From positions 288,001 to 352,000 of the forward strand of contig JANRKS010000034.1 in assembly GCA_033763315.1 (NCBI GenBank): DNA of 64,000 bases, written 5' to 3'. This stretch comes from Deltaproteobacteria bacterium (lineage in GTDB: Bacteria; Myxococcota_A; Polyangia; Fen-1088). Positions 1 through 9,583 of this stretch are shown one piece after another. The notes under the pieces were generated by a model. That model was not told the DNA's origin, ran no database searches, and saw only the letters and a list, made by a program, of their open reading frames with translations. The stretch's first letter is position 1; each line of letters opens with the position of its first letter. Both the position numbers and the translations under genes were made by a program.

Positions 1-1271
1 TGCCGTGCGGCCCACAGAAATCCTCCCCAGCCATCTGTTTCGGGATTGGGGCCATCTGAGTTCCAATCCGATTCTTCAACGCCATTGCCGAAATACCGCG
101 TTAGAGACAGGCCATAGTCTTTGTTGTTGACGTAGCTTTTGTACGCTCCCACGTTGGGGCTTGCGTTGATGAAGAAGTTCAAGGCCGCGCGTGCTTCTGT
201 GAAATGTCCACTCCGTGCCAGGGCCACTATGGCGTAGTGCGCATCCCTGACCCACCCCGTGTGCCATTCACCGGGCGGCAAGCTGGCTAGAACCATGCCG
301 TAGTTTGTGCGGCCTGGAATGTTCGGTTCGCGCACTTGACCCATGCGGAGAACCGCCTCCATCTGACGCCACAGTCGCTTTTCCGCGTCCGTGCACGCAA
401 CGTTCGGGATCGGCTTGCGCCAAGCCTCCCACTCCGCTTGTGCGTCTGTTAGAACTCGGTTGGCTTGCCGGTCTGCCAACCACGCCTTCATTTTGGTGAT
501 CGTGGCCGTCACCTTGGTGGCATCGTCCACAAAACCAACCATCACGCCCATCCATCCATCCGCGCCCAAGGCCTTTTCAACGGTGGGTGCAACATCGCCG
601 GTGCACGTCAGATCGTCCGCTAGAGCTTCGCCACGAGCCACCTTCGCAAAGCCGCCGCAATCAGCGTGATCCATTCCGCCAATCGCCAAGTAGATCATGG
701 CGCCAGTGCCTGAACCCGTTTCCACGACAGCGCCTTCTTCAAGCCTCAGCTTTTCGTCCTTTGCCGGCGGATTGTCGCCAGTCCCGGCCCCCATTCTGAA
801 GTTGAGATTGAGCGTGCCGTGGGTCGCGCCGGGCGCTTTCAGTAGTGCGACCACCGCGTTGCCTTCGTAGCCAAAGGGCGCAAAGTAGATGCTCTCGGCG
901 GCTTGTCCGGACAGCGTTATAGGAGCGCGAATGATGTTGCTGTCATCAATGTATTCAGGGACCTGTGCGGTGCCGCCGCGCAGCCAACCGTTGCCCTTCG
1001 GGCCTCGGACGCCGAAGCCAACCTCAAAGGCCAAATCGCGCCGAATGGGCCCTTCACTTTGCAGGGTGGGCCCCGGTCGTAAGAACCTGTAAGGGTGCTC
1101 CAGAAAGCCCGACAGCATTTTGGTGTTCGCGTCGTAAAGCGCAAAGCCGTGGCCGTTGCCGGTGGTTAACCAGTTCCAGCTGCGCTGGTATGTGGCAGCC
1201 TTGGCAGATCCCATGGTGACTGCACAAACGACAAGAAGGACGGGAAGCCTTTGCAGCGTTTTAGATCGCAT
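1..1271 (-). CDS. Secreted glycoside hydrolase family 15-like (glucoamylase/glucodextranase-like) protein, runs off the window start
   Basis: Absent from the ORF track because there is no stop in the window. Manual translation from ATG 1271 gives MRSKTLQRLPVLLVVCAVTMGSAKAA (signal peptide) ... GMVLASLPPGEWHTGWVRDAHYAIVALARSGH ... GPNPETDGWGGFLWAAR. The WxRD motif fits (alpha/alpha)6 GH15 enzymes. Confidence 0.75.
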   Translation of the reverse strand, partial: MRSKTLQRLPVLLVVCAVTMGSAKAATYQRSWNWLTTGNGHGFALYDANTKMLSGFLEHPYRFLRPGPTLQSEGPIRRDLAFEVGFGVRGPKGNGWLRGGTAQVPEYIDDSNIIRAPITLSGQAAESIYFAPFGYEGNAVVALLKAPGATHGTLNLNFRMGAGTGDNPPAKDEKLRLEEGAVVETGSGTGAMIYLAIGGMDHADCGGFAKVARGEALADDLTCTGDVAPTVEKALGADGWMGVMVGFVDDATKVTATITKMKAWLADRQANRVLTDAQAEWEAWRKPIPNVACTDAEKRLWRQMEAVLRMGQVREPNIPGRTNYGMVLASLPPGEWHTGWVRDAHYAIVALARSGHFTEARAALNFFINASPNVGAYKSYVNNKDYGLSLTRYFGNGVEESDWNSDGPNPETDGWGGFLWAAR

Positions 1272-1330
1272 TTCGATCTGGGTAAGTGGAACGCCACGGC
1301 CAAAACAGCTCGCTCGGTTTTACTTTTTAG

Positions 1331-3928
1331 TCAAGGCAAGGCAACACGGGTCAAGATACGCAGCTCGCTGATGGACAGTCTGTTGCTCGGTACGTCGGTG
1401 CCGCCGTCCTCTGTGTAATCTGCGTAATGAGCAAGTTGCGACATATTAAAGGTCTGCAGCGCCTCTTTCACGCGGATCGAGTATGTCACCCCACGTTCGA
1501 GCTCAGCGACAGCGAAGGTGGAAGGCGTCAGCCAATCCCAGCGCCCGCGCTGCGCCACCACCACCACAGCGCCCCCCACTCGAGCGCCATCACTTGCGCG
1601 TTCGACAATTAGATCTTTGACCGCGCAAGCCACACCGGTATCCACAGGGCCAGCTCCGTTGCTCGCCACGATTTGAAACATGTGTTGGCCGCTGGCGGGC
1701 GCGACGAATGCCGGATATAGGATTTCGTCTTCGGGCGCGCCCCACCGATCAAGTACAGCGATGGTGCCCGCAGACGTCCTAACCGTCGAGCGCTGACCGC
1801 CCGTGGCCAGCAGATCCTGCACGGAAACTTGATGCACGCGCGATCTTTGGACCGTACCCCAAAAGCACACCGGCGCCGACGGGTGTGAGCGCAGGCCATT
1901 CCTGATGAAGCGCGCTTCGACCACATAGCAGTGACTGGCGGCGGCTTCGCCGGGCGCGGAGGTATCAACAAATTGCGCGGTGTCTGCTGGCAAATCACGC
2001 GCGATAAGGGCACCATCACGCCGCAGATCGTAACGAATGAGCGAAGGATTCTCCGGCGGTTTTGCGAACTCAACTTCCAGCCAGTTGCCCCGCGTCACTA
2101 CGTTGGTGATGCTAGGTGTGGCTGGCGCAAAGGTATCGTCAATTGACGTCGGTAGCGGCATGGATGGCGGCCGGGGCGCGCTTGCAGGTGCCGTGAGACG
2201 AATGACAATCCGGTTGCGTGGTGCGAACTCTGCGGCAGCCAAGGGGCGATCGCCCACGAGCACACCATTGACTGTGACAGCTGCGATTTGGTAGGCGCCT
2301 TGAACTGTGGGGTCTAGTGGAGGAAGGTCGATCACAATCGAAAGCCGGTGGCCGCGGTAGTGCAAATCCCCCAAAGCCAAAGTACGCGTCCCGGAAAACA
2401 GCGTGCGGTGGACGTTGGCGGTGACGTACGGTCGAAAGCGAACCGCGCCCTCAGAGAGTTCAAAACCGAAAAGGCTCTCTTGCACCATCGATAGATAGGC
2501 TGCGGCGGACCACAGCTCTTGACGGCCGCTCAGAATGGGTGGGCGTGGATCACCGGTGAGAAAGTCGAAGCATTCGACGTTGGACACGTTCAGTGCAGCT
2601 GCGCGAAACAGCGCGATCAAACTATTGTCCGCGAACGCGTCGTGGCCCACGATGCGCGCGGCGCGCAGAGCGTGGCCCAAGACGAACGGCCACACAGCCC
2701 GGTTGTGGAACACGGGTACGTTGCGGCTTTGGGGCCATATCACCGGTGCGCCCACAGGCCCCTGCGGATACGCAGAAAGCCGCGCACGTCCTTCTTCAAT
2801 CGGCCATACACCAGCTTCAATCGCCAGCGCCAGGCCCAAGAGATCCGTGCGACCCACGGGCGCAGGATCCACCAGCGAGGGGATAAACGCGCCCACACCG
2901 CCGGCTTGATTTTCAAAGCGGGTCGCCAGCGCTAGCCGGAGCGCCTTTGCCCACGCAGCCAAGGTCTGCGCTGTGAGGATATCACCGTGCTCTTGCGCCA
3001 GCGCCACCGCCGATTCCAACGCCTGAAGTTGCAGCACGTTGGTGGACAGTGCGTAGCTGCCGGCCACCTGTGTTGGCTCTGAACTCATCCAAGCGGGGTA
3101 TGATTGTTCGCGGCCGTTCAAAAACGTCGTTTCGCCACGATACAAGCCCAGCGTTTGATCGAAGGCGTTGGCGCGATCTTGCATCACCGTTTCAACCAGT
3201 GCGGCCTTGGCCAGAAGCGAAAATCGCTGCCGTGCCTCACCCTGCAAGAGCGCCAGGAGCCGTCGCGCACCGAGCGCCCACGTTGCGCGATCAATGGACA
3301 GGGGATAACCCCCTCCCGTGCCGAGATCTTCAACGACGGTCCTGCCAGGTTGACCGTTTGCGCGCGAAGATAGCTTGAAAAGCAAAGTGTTCTGCGCGCG
3401 CACAAGATCGAGAGCTGGGCCCGCGAGGTCGATGGCGTACCCGCTGTTTCGCGTCCACACCCAAGGCCAAGCGTCACCCGTCTTGTAACACCCTTCGGCG
3501 CCGCAACTTACGGGCGTGTTGCCCGAGGCGGGACCACTTGCAAAGTTGACTTCCAAGTCTCGCAGTTCGGCCAGAGCCAAGGTATACAGCGCATCGAAAT
3601 ACACATTGCCAGTGCGCACGAACGGATCACCTTGACGTTCTGCAACGACACGACTTGTGCCGACCTGCTCGCCAAGCCCCACCCGGACGGGCGCTGTGGT
3701 TGCCAGCGTGTAAGTGCGCTGACATGACGTACCACTGGCGACAACCGTCGCTCGCCCGCGGGCGTCTTGGATCGTCATGGACGACAAGGAGGCTTGCGTT
3801 ATAGGAAGCGTGCAATCGCGCGCACCAGTGCCGAACACCTGGGCCGTCTGTGTGTCGCAAGCGCTGACGCCGAACGCAAGACACACAATCGCCGTCATCT
3901 GTGTTCGCCGTTTGCTTCGCCCTCTCAC
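1331..3928 (-). CDS. Six-hairpin glycosidase-like lipoprotein (MGH1/amylo-alpha-1,6-glucosidase-like) with FN3-like and C-terminal beta domains
   Basis: 877-aa ORF. GTG 3928 overlaps the upstream stop (GTGA) and gives a basic n-region plus lipobox-like VSAC. Motifs TGDAWPWVWTR, REQSYP, HNRAVWPFV, YDLRRDG (FN3-like). Confidence 0.7.
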   Translation of the reverse strand: MRGRSKRRTQMTAIVCLAFGVSACDTQTAQVFGTGARDCTLPITQASLSSMTIQDARGRATVVASGTSCQRTYTLATTAPVRVGLGEQVGTSRVVAERQGDPFVRTGNVYFDALYTLALAELRDLEVNFASGPASGNTPVSCGAEGCYKTGDAWPWVWTRNSGYAIDLAGPALDLVRAQNTLLFKLSSRANGQPGRTVVEDLGTGGGYPLSIDRATWALGARRLLALLQGEARQRFSLLAKAALVETVMQDRANAFDQTLGLYRGETTFLNGREQSYPAWMSSEPTQVAGSYALSTNVLQLQALESAVALAQEHGDILTAQTLAAWAKALRLALATRFENQAGGVGAFIPSLVDPAPVGRTDLLGLALAIEAGVWPIEEGRARLSAYPQGPVGAPVIWPQSRNVPVFHNRAVWPFVLGHALRAARIVGHDAFADNSLIALFRAAALNVSNVECFDFLTGDPRPPILSGRQELWSAAAYLSMVQESLFGFELSEGAVRFRPYVTANVHRTLFSGTRTLALGDLHYRGHRLSIVIDLPPLDPTVQGAYQIAAVTVNGVLVGDRPLAAAEFAPRNRIVIRLTAPASAPRPPSMPLPTSIDDTFAPATPSITNVVTRGNWLEVEFAKPPENPSLIRYDLRRDGALIARDLPADTAQFVDTSAPGEAAASHCYVVEARFIRNGLRSHPSAPVCFWGTVQRSRVHQVSVQDLLATGGQRSTVRTSAGTIAVLDRWGAPEDEILYPAFVAPASGQHMFQIVASNGAGPVDTGVACAVKDLIVERASDGARVGGAVVVVAQRGRWDWLTPSTFAVAELERGVTYSIRVKEALQTFNMSQLAHYADYTEDGGTDVPSNRLSISELRILTRVALP

Positions 3929-4935
3929 AGCGTGTACCCCAGCGCCAAAAAGGGTTGCACCCAAAGGCCCGTCACGCGTCCCAGCTTGAGGCCGTCGATG
4001 CGCGCCTCAATGGGGCGTGCATGAGCACCGCCTTCAAGGCCAAACGCCGCACTGAACGAACGCGTGAAGCTGTAGCCCACCTGAACGAACGCTGCAGGCC
4101 CCCATGTGAAGCGAGTGGTGGTAAACCCGTTCACGTTGGCTTCTTCGGGCCGTCCCTGCAACCGCAGATACCCAGCCCGGAGGCCCAGACCGGCGCTAAA
4201 GAGAACGGCTTTCACTTCGATGAGTGGACCCACAGAGGCTCCGATCACGAACCTGTCCACACGCACTTGTCCATAGTCAGTGGCGAAAGACAAATGGGCA
4301 GCCTCGGCTTGTAGGCGTGCGTTCACGATCCGAAGGACATGCCGAGACAGCGACAAGCCCGTCGCGCCTCGTGACGTTGAATCCACTCGGCCCCATTCTT
4401 GTCCCCACGAAAGCTGCGCACGCCATGCTTGCGCTTCGGTATGTGGGCGCGGGGCGATCGCCATGACGCCTGCGGGGGCGGATGCCGTTGGTACGTCGAC
4501 GATCTGGGCTCGGGCGCCGCTCACGACAGCAGCCATCTCGACCAAGCTGAGCGCCAGCAATCTGGGACGGGCCGCCAGGGGGTATGCGTCGTGGGCCAGC
4601 TGCCGTTCCACATGTGCGCCCGTATGTGGCGCTTGCACTTTGAGACGTAAGCCGTTGGAGGCGCAGTTAACAGTGGCGATTAGGGCTTGTGGCCGGGTTG
4701 GCGCCTGCGCATCGGCAAACACCAAGGCCTGTTCAAGCGTCACGATTCGTGTGACAACGTCGACCTCAACGCCCACGCACGGATCAATCACGACGCGCAT
4801 GTCCCCAGCAGGCTCGTCGAGGTTTGCTGTTGGTGCCTGTGCCTTTGCGACACTCATCCACAAGACGACGCTTACACACCCCATGGCCGCGCCAGCAGCA
4901 CGCCGCGATCGAGCGAGCCTAAGGACTGCCCTCAC
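3925..4935 (-). CDS. Exported hypothetical protein with probable C-terminal outer-membrane beta-barrel
   Basis: Signal peptide ending AKA|QA. Amphipathic beta-strands in the C-terminal half ending FLALGYTL. GTGA coupling on both sides. Confidence 0.55.
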   Translation of the reverse strand: MRAVLRLARSRRAAGAAMGCVSVVLWMSVAKAQAPTANLDEPAGDMRVVIDPCVGVEVDVVTRIVTLEQALVFADAQAPTRPQALIATVNCASNGLRLKVQAPHTGAHVERQLAHDAYPLAARPRLLALSLVEMAAVVSGARAQIVDVPTASAPAGVMAIAPRPHTEAQAWRAQLSWGQEWGRVDSTSRGATGLSLSRHVLRIVNARLQAEAAHLSFATDYGQVRVDRFVIGASVGPLIEVKAVLFSAGLGLRAGYLRLQGRPEEANVNGFTTTRFTWGPAAFVQVGYSFTRSFSAAFGLEGGAHARPIEARIDGLKLGRVTGLWVQPFLALGYTL

Positions 4936-6047
4936 TTTACGTGGCCGAATTCACGCACCAGATCCGACCAACGTCCGTGCGGATACGTTTGCAAATATAA
5001 ACGCGCCGACGCTTCGGCTTTGAGACGTTCGCCTGCGCGCGACCACGATTGGACCTCGCGTGCCAGAGCATCTTCTGACAGAACCTGAGCGCCGTCCCGC
5101 AGGCGTGCCTCGGCAAACGCGGCGGCTGCCAACTGCGGCTGTTTGAGGTGATGCAGCAGGAGGCTGCCGGCTGTAAAAGCGGCCATCGATGAACGTGGGT
5201 CATTGCCGTGCCGCTTCCGAATGCGGTCGAGGAACCCAAGGGCTTTGTCGGCATGCCCAGACAACCGTGCCGCGTCCGCAGCCAGCAGCAGATCATCCAC
5301 GTCGTCGCGCACGGTTGCCACGCCAGCTTGTCTCAGACTGCGGTAGGCCTCTTCGTAAGCGCCTTGGGCCGCCAACGCCCGCCATGGTTGTGACCGTCCG
5401 ATGGATGGTTTGGGTGCGACGGCGGGGACGTTAACTATAACTGCAGGCGCTTCGGATACAGAAGGCAAAAACCTTCGCTTTTCGCCCGCGGCCAACGTGG
5501 TCACCGATCCATCTGCGCGCGCAACATCGGCATGGCCATCGTGAACCTCAACCCAAAGCGCCTGTGTGCTCTGCTCGCGCCACATGGTCACAGCCATACC
5601 CTGCACAACAACTTGAAAGTGCTGCGTGTGAACCTGCAACGGTCTCGCAAGCGACGTGCGTTCAAAGTGGGCGCCTCCCCTGTTGAGCCGCACAGTGACA
5701 CCTGCCTTCGTTGCGGCCATGACGACGAGTTGCGTGTTTGGGGCCACTGGCACCGCCGTCACTTCGGGCGTTAGAACGACGGTACGCGGATCAACCGCGG
5801 AGGCAACCGGTTGCGGGGGGGGGCTCCGCGTGGTGGCGGCGTTGCGAGACATGTGGTGCACAGCCGAACCTGCACACAACACCGCGATCATGGCGGCGAC
5901 GCGCTGTGCACGTTTGCGGCGGGCCTGCAACCGCTGGCGACGACGTGGAAGCGTCAAAGCATGAAGTTCCAACTGGCTTTGACTCCAGTCGATTTGGGTG
6001 GCGCGCCGTACGTCGGCCACATTCACTTTCTCTGCCGCCTTAGACAT
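4932..6047 (-). CDS. FecR-domain anti-sigma factor with C-terminal TPR-like region
   Basis: Single TM segment, FecR-like VRLNRGGAHF...VEVHDGHADV...LAAGE, and a helical C-terminus with EDALAREV...YLQTYPHGR. Lies directly downstream of an ECF sigma; ATG 6047 overlaps the sigma stop. Confidence 0.8.
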   Translation of the reverse strand: MSKAAEKVNVADVRRATQIDWSQSQLELHALTLPRRRQRLQARRKRAQRVAAMIAVLCAGSAVHHMSRNAATTRSPPPQPVASAVDPRTVVLTPEVTAVPVAPNTQLVVMAATKAGVTVRLNRGGAHFERTSLARPLQVHTQHFQVVVQGMAVTMWREQSTQALWVEVHDGHADVARADGSVTTLAAGEKRRFLPSVSEAPAVIVNVPAVAPKPSIGRSQPWRALAAQGAYEEAYRSLRQAGVATVRDDVDDLLLAADAARLSGHADKALGFLDRIRKRHGNDPRSSMAAFTAGSLLLHHLKQPQLAAAAFAEARLRDGAQVLSEDALAREVQSWSRAGERLKAEASARLYLQTYPHGRWSDLVREFGHVK

Positions 6048-6690
6048 CCGCAACCACTTCATCCATCACGGCATTGGCTTTGACCAATCGTCGCTTCACG
6101 GCGGCCAGCGAACAACCTGACAACTGGGCCACCCGTTCAAGGGGGTGCCCCTCCAAATGGCGTAGCACCCAGGCGATCCGCACGGGCACAGGCAATGTGT
6201 CGAGCGCGGCGAATACGGGGGCCAACAGCGCACCGGTTTCAGCCGAGGCGTTGGGATCGGCTAGATCGTGTTCGTCCAGCGTCTCGGTCAGGCCAAAGAA
6301 CGACTTCAATCGCCGTCGTCGCAAGCGATGACGAGCGGTTCGCACTGTGATCGTGGCCAGCCAACCGCGCAGGGCTTCGGCGCTCCGGAGCGTGGGTAAC
6401 GTTCGGTGGACCTCTAAAAACACGTCCTGCACGAGGTCCTCAAGCTCGTCACGCCTCCCCATGATGCGAAAGGCGATTGTGGCCACATAGCGGCCGTACT
6501 GCCGGAAAGCGTCGCCCGCGTCCGTCGGGACCGCCTCGCAGTCTTGCGGCGCGGCGGGCACGAGTTGCAGATGGCGCGGAGGGGAAAGCACGGCGGTCGA
6601 GGGATAGTGGGCGCAATGATCAAGATCGACTCGCACATTTTCTGAAAGCGCCTTCAAGATGGACGGTTGAGGGACTGGCGATGCAATCAC
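6040..6690 (-). CDS. ECF (sigma-70 family) RNA polymerase sigma factor
   Basis: Region 2 EDLVQDVF...LRGWLATITVR. Region 4 WVLRHLEGHPLERVAQLSGCSLAAVKRRL. The start may lie further downstream. Confidence 0.9.
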   Translation of the reverse strand: MIASPVPQPSILKALSENVRVDLDHCAHYPSTAVLSPPRHLQLVPAAPQDCEAVPTDAGDAFRQYGRYVATIAFRIMGRRDELEDLVQDVFLEVHRTLPTLRSAEALRGWLATITVRTARHRLRRRRLKSFFGLTETLDEHDLADPNASAETGALLAPVFAALDTLPVPVRIAWVLRHLEGHPLERVAQLSGCSLAAVKRRLVKANAVMDEVVADV

Positions 6691-8375
6691 TCGAACTTGA
6701 TTCCGCTGGTCGAGGACGGGTCAATGACGAAGCGGCCGACGGAAATGGCATTCTGCGCTGTGATGCGAACGCCCCCAACGGTCATGTTGCTGATGGTCAC
6801 GTTTTCTACGCGGCCACCGTTGTCGCCGCGAATCACGTTCTCTATGCCTTTGCCGGAAAGGTCGCCACCCAAAGCCTCGACAGATAACCCGCGAATGGTC
6901 ATGCCACGGATCGTCTGACCTTTTGGCGAAAACAATCCCACGGCGCGCAGTGTGGTGCCCTCCATCCGGATGTTCTCGAACACGCTGTCAGCCAGCACGC
7001 CTGTGCCCTTAATCTCAACCGTGTTGTCCCAGTGATAATTGATACCGCCATTGTTGGTGTTCGCGCTCCAAATCCATTCGGAATGGATGACGTCGATGTC
7101 AGATGCGCGCAGGCCACTGATGTTTTTCATCCACCATCCCAACTGGATGACAGGTCCGTTGTGCATGTGCCACGCAACACAGCGGCGCACGGTGCCGCGG
7201 CTCCAATACATTTTGAACATGTCATCGTTAGATTGCACGAAGCAGTCTTCGACGATGGAGCCCTCGCCAATGTCTGGGCCATCGGAGTTCCAACGCCAGT
7301 TTCCTAACATCTTGAAGTTTCGCATTTGCATGCGTAGGCCGTCTGACTGAAAGTTCCAATAAGGGGCTTCAACGATCGTGACACCATCAATGACGACGTC
7401 GGGCACGTCTTTGATCTCAAACATTTTGATGCACGTGTCCCAACACTCTCCTGTTTGGTGGAGCAGCGTTTTTTTTGCCGCCCGCCAGACAAATTTCTTA
7501 CCAGAAAGCACCCCACGACCCGTGAGATGAAAGCGGGGCCGTGGCGACACCGATAGCGCTCCATACACCACGGCGCCCCCGGCCACATACACGTGCTCAA
7601 TGCCAGCGGGCACAATCCACTCCGAAACGTCATGTGCGCCGGGGCGAAAATGCACAGCACGGGTGCCGGCCGGAGGCGCAAAGTTTGTACCCGGAGTGGG
7701 GGCATACACGCCCACGCCCTGCAGAGGAACAATGGTGGAAGCACCTTCAGGCGGATCCGCGAACAACAACAATGCATTCGTGGTCTTGCCGTCGAATTCG
7801 ACCGATAATTTCGAACCTGGCTTGCTAATCGGAATACGCAACGTGCGTTGATCGATCCTCTTTGCCACGACACCAGCGCTTAGCGGACGGACAACGACGG
7901 TGTTGAAAGTTCCCGTTTTCAGCGTCACCTCAACCTCCACCGGCTCGGACATATTGAACGTCACCCAATCCATGGATCGCCGGGGCGTGCGGTGCTCGTT
8001 GCTACCGTCATCTTCGGGATAGGGCTTCTCGGGGGCCACAGAGCGGTAAACAAATGCGGCAAGACGCTGTCCGTCCGCAAGCACGTGCACATCAAAAAGC
8101 GGCGATCCAGCCACATCGGGCGGCGCGGGGTAAACCTGTGTCGTTGCGGGCAGCACAGCGTCCGCGACGCCGCTATCGAAAGACGTTTGTTCCATGGCAT
8201 CGCGCAGGAGCGTGGTGCTCGATGCGTCAGGCTTGGGCGTGAAAGAGGCTGCATCCGCAAACGGCGATGGAACTCCCTCGCCTGCTTGCGGACGTGGCAT
8301 GGGTTCGCATCCGATGAGGAAAGCCAAGGCCCCCCACACCCAAGCGGGGGATTTGTTCGTGAACGGCACGGCCAT
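6687..8375 (-). CDS. Right-handed beta-helix glycoside hydrolase lipoprotein (GH49/GH28-like)
   Basis: Lipobox LIGC after ATG 8375. HFRPGAH...VYVAGGAVVYG, GRGVLSG, and a catalytic-type NSDG...SNDDMFK motif. Confidence 0.7.
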   Translation of the reverse strand: MAVPFTNKSPAWVWGALAFLIGCEPMPRPQAGEGVPSPFADAASFTPKPDASSTTLLRDAMEQTSFDSGVADAVLPATTQVYPAPPDVAGSPLFDVHVLADGQRLAAFVYRSVAPEKPYPEDDGSNEHRTPRRSMDWVTFNMSEPVEVEVTLKTGTFNTVVVRPLSAGVVAKRIDQRTLRIPISKPGSKLSVEFDGKTTNALLLFADPPEGASTIVPLQGVGVYAPTPGTNFAPPAGTRAVHFRPGAHDVSEWIVPAGIEHVYVAGGAVVYGALSVSPRPRFHLTGRGVLSGKKFVWRAAKKTLLHQTGECWDTCIKMFEIKDVPDVVIDGVTIVEAPYWNFQSDGLRMQMRNFKMLGNWRWNSDGPDIGEGSIVEDCFVQSNDDMFKMYWSRGTVRRCVAWHMHNGPVIQLGWWMKNISGLRASDIDVIHSEWIWSANTNNGGINYHWDNTVEIKGTGVLADSVFENIRMEGTTLRAVGLFSPKGQTIRGMTIRGLSVEALGGDLSGKGIENVIRGDNGGRVENVTISNMTVGGVRITAQNAISVGRFVIDPSSTSGIKFE

Positions 8376-8640
8376 GACTGGGTGTAGTGGCCGCTTTGCT
8401 CCCAAACGGCTCGCTCCGCTCGTGATTTTCGAGAAGACCAAACGCGTACCCTGCCAAGAAACGCCCATCAGACCGTTCTCAGCCGTCAACGCCGAAGAGC
8501 CGACCTTATGGCCGGCTCTTCGGGGGCTCTTTGTGGGGCTTATGTTTCGAGGACCAGGTCGTCAATGCAGTTGCCCGTGGGGCCACTGATCTCGACCTTA
8601 AGCAGGTTGCCCCAGCCTAGATTGACAGCCGTGCCCGTGG

Positions 8641-9135
8641 TTGACGGTGAATAGACCGTTTGCAAGCGATGTCATACCGCCCGCCGGCGTCCACGCGTTC
8701 TTCCGGCCACGCCATTTGCGGGTCACCAACGTTTACTATTTGGTGGACTGGCTGGCGCCAGACTTACGCTTGCTGTTCGGACAAGCGGGTCTGCTGCCGC
8801 TGTTTGCAGCACAGCCTCTGTTTGAGCGGGGCCAGCTTGCCGCTCCGCGGACTGCACGAATCGTCAAGCTCAGTGACTCCGAATGCAACCTCGTGAACGC
8901 GGAACTTTCAGCCATCCACGCCGAGAACGCGCGCCAGGCACCGTCGGGCATTTTTCTAAAGTCAGCGTTGCTCAAAGGCGCTTGTCACGTTGAGCCGTGC
9001 CATCGTTGGCGCCACGGGATCCCTCGAAGGTGTCACGCTGCCGCGTCCCATCTGGCAGGTGATCGATACGATTGAGGAATGGCTGGCTTCGGGATCTCCG
9101 TTTTCTGCCTCGGCCCTTGCCGAGATCACCGCGGG
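8641..9135 (+). pseudogene. Frameshifted, truncated AraC-family regulator remnant
   Basis: Cupin-like PPAGVHAF...VTNVYY. An extra base at CTCAAAGGCG (~8975) shifts the frame; removing it gives LLKALVTLSRA...IWQVIDTIEEWLASGSPFSASALAEI, the start of an HTH region, which then breaks off. Confidence 0.5.
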
Positions 9136-9174
9136 GCCGTTACGTTGGGGGCCGGCGTTAGGCTTGCGCCGACG

Positions 9175-9541
9175 TTAGGGCTGCAGCTTGTTGAGTGTGT
9201 AGTCGGCCGTTGTGTGCACCAACGTTTGATGTTGGGCGTCTCTGACCCCGGGCATTTTGAACTCGAACAACCTGGAGGCCTTGAGATCAGATAGCTCCAA
9301 AGACACGCGCCGGCGATCAGCGGCCACACGTGCGGCCAGCACTTTCACCGGCGTATGCCCTTGCGAGGAAACGCCATACGTCTTCGAGTACGGATAGAAA
9401 AAAGTGCTGCACGCCATAAGCTGCCACGTCCGCTGCCGTGTTGACATCCACATCCTTGGTGAAGATCAAATCAAATCCTCGCTTGGTGAGCTCGATGTGA
9501 TGAACCTCGAACGGCACCTTTCCGGTCCAGCTCAGCTTCAT
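9175..9541 (-). pseudogene. C-terminal remnant of a large secreted (membrane-bound dehydrogenase/beta-propeller-associated) protein, frameshifted
   Basis: LSWTGKVPFEVHHIELTKRGFDLIFTKDVD joins FYPYSKTYG...LVHTTADYTLNKL after a +1 shift in a 6-A run (~9398-9403). The 5' part is absent; the SDR gene lies immediately upstream. Confidence 0.55.
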
Positions 9542-9583
9542 GGGTCTTTCGTCCCTTGCGAATCCGGTGTTTCCGCGAGCGTC

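Noticed and set aside
8492-8523. Inverted repeat CCGAAGAGCCG-N10-CGGCTCTTCGG
   Set aside because: Single copy with no clear U-tract. Cannot distinguish terminator, operator or remnant.
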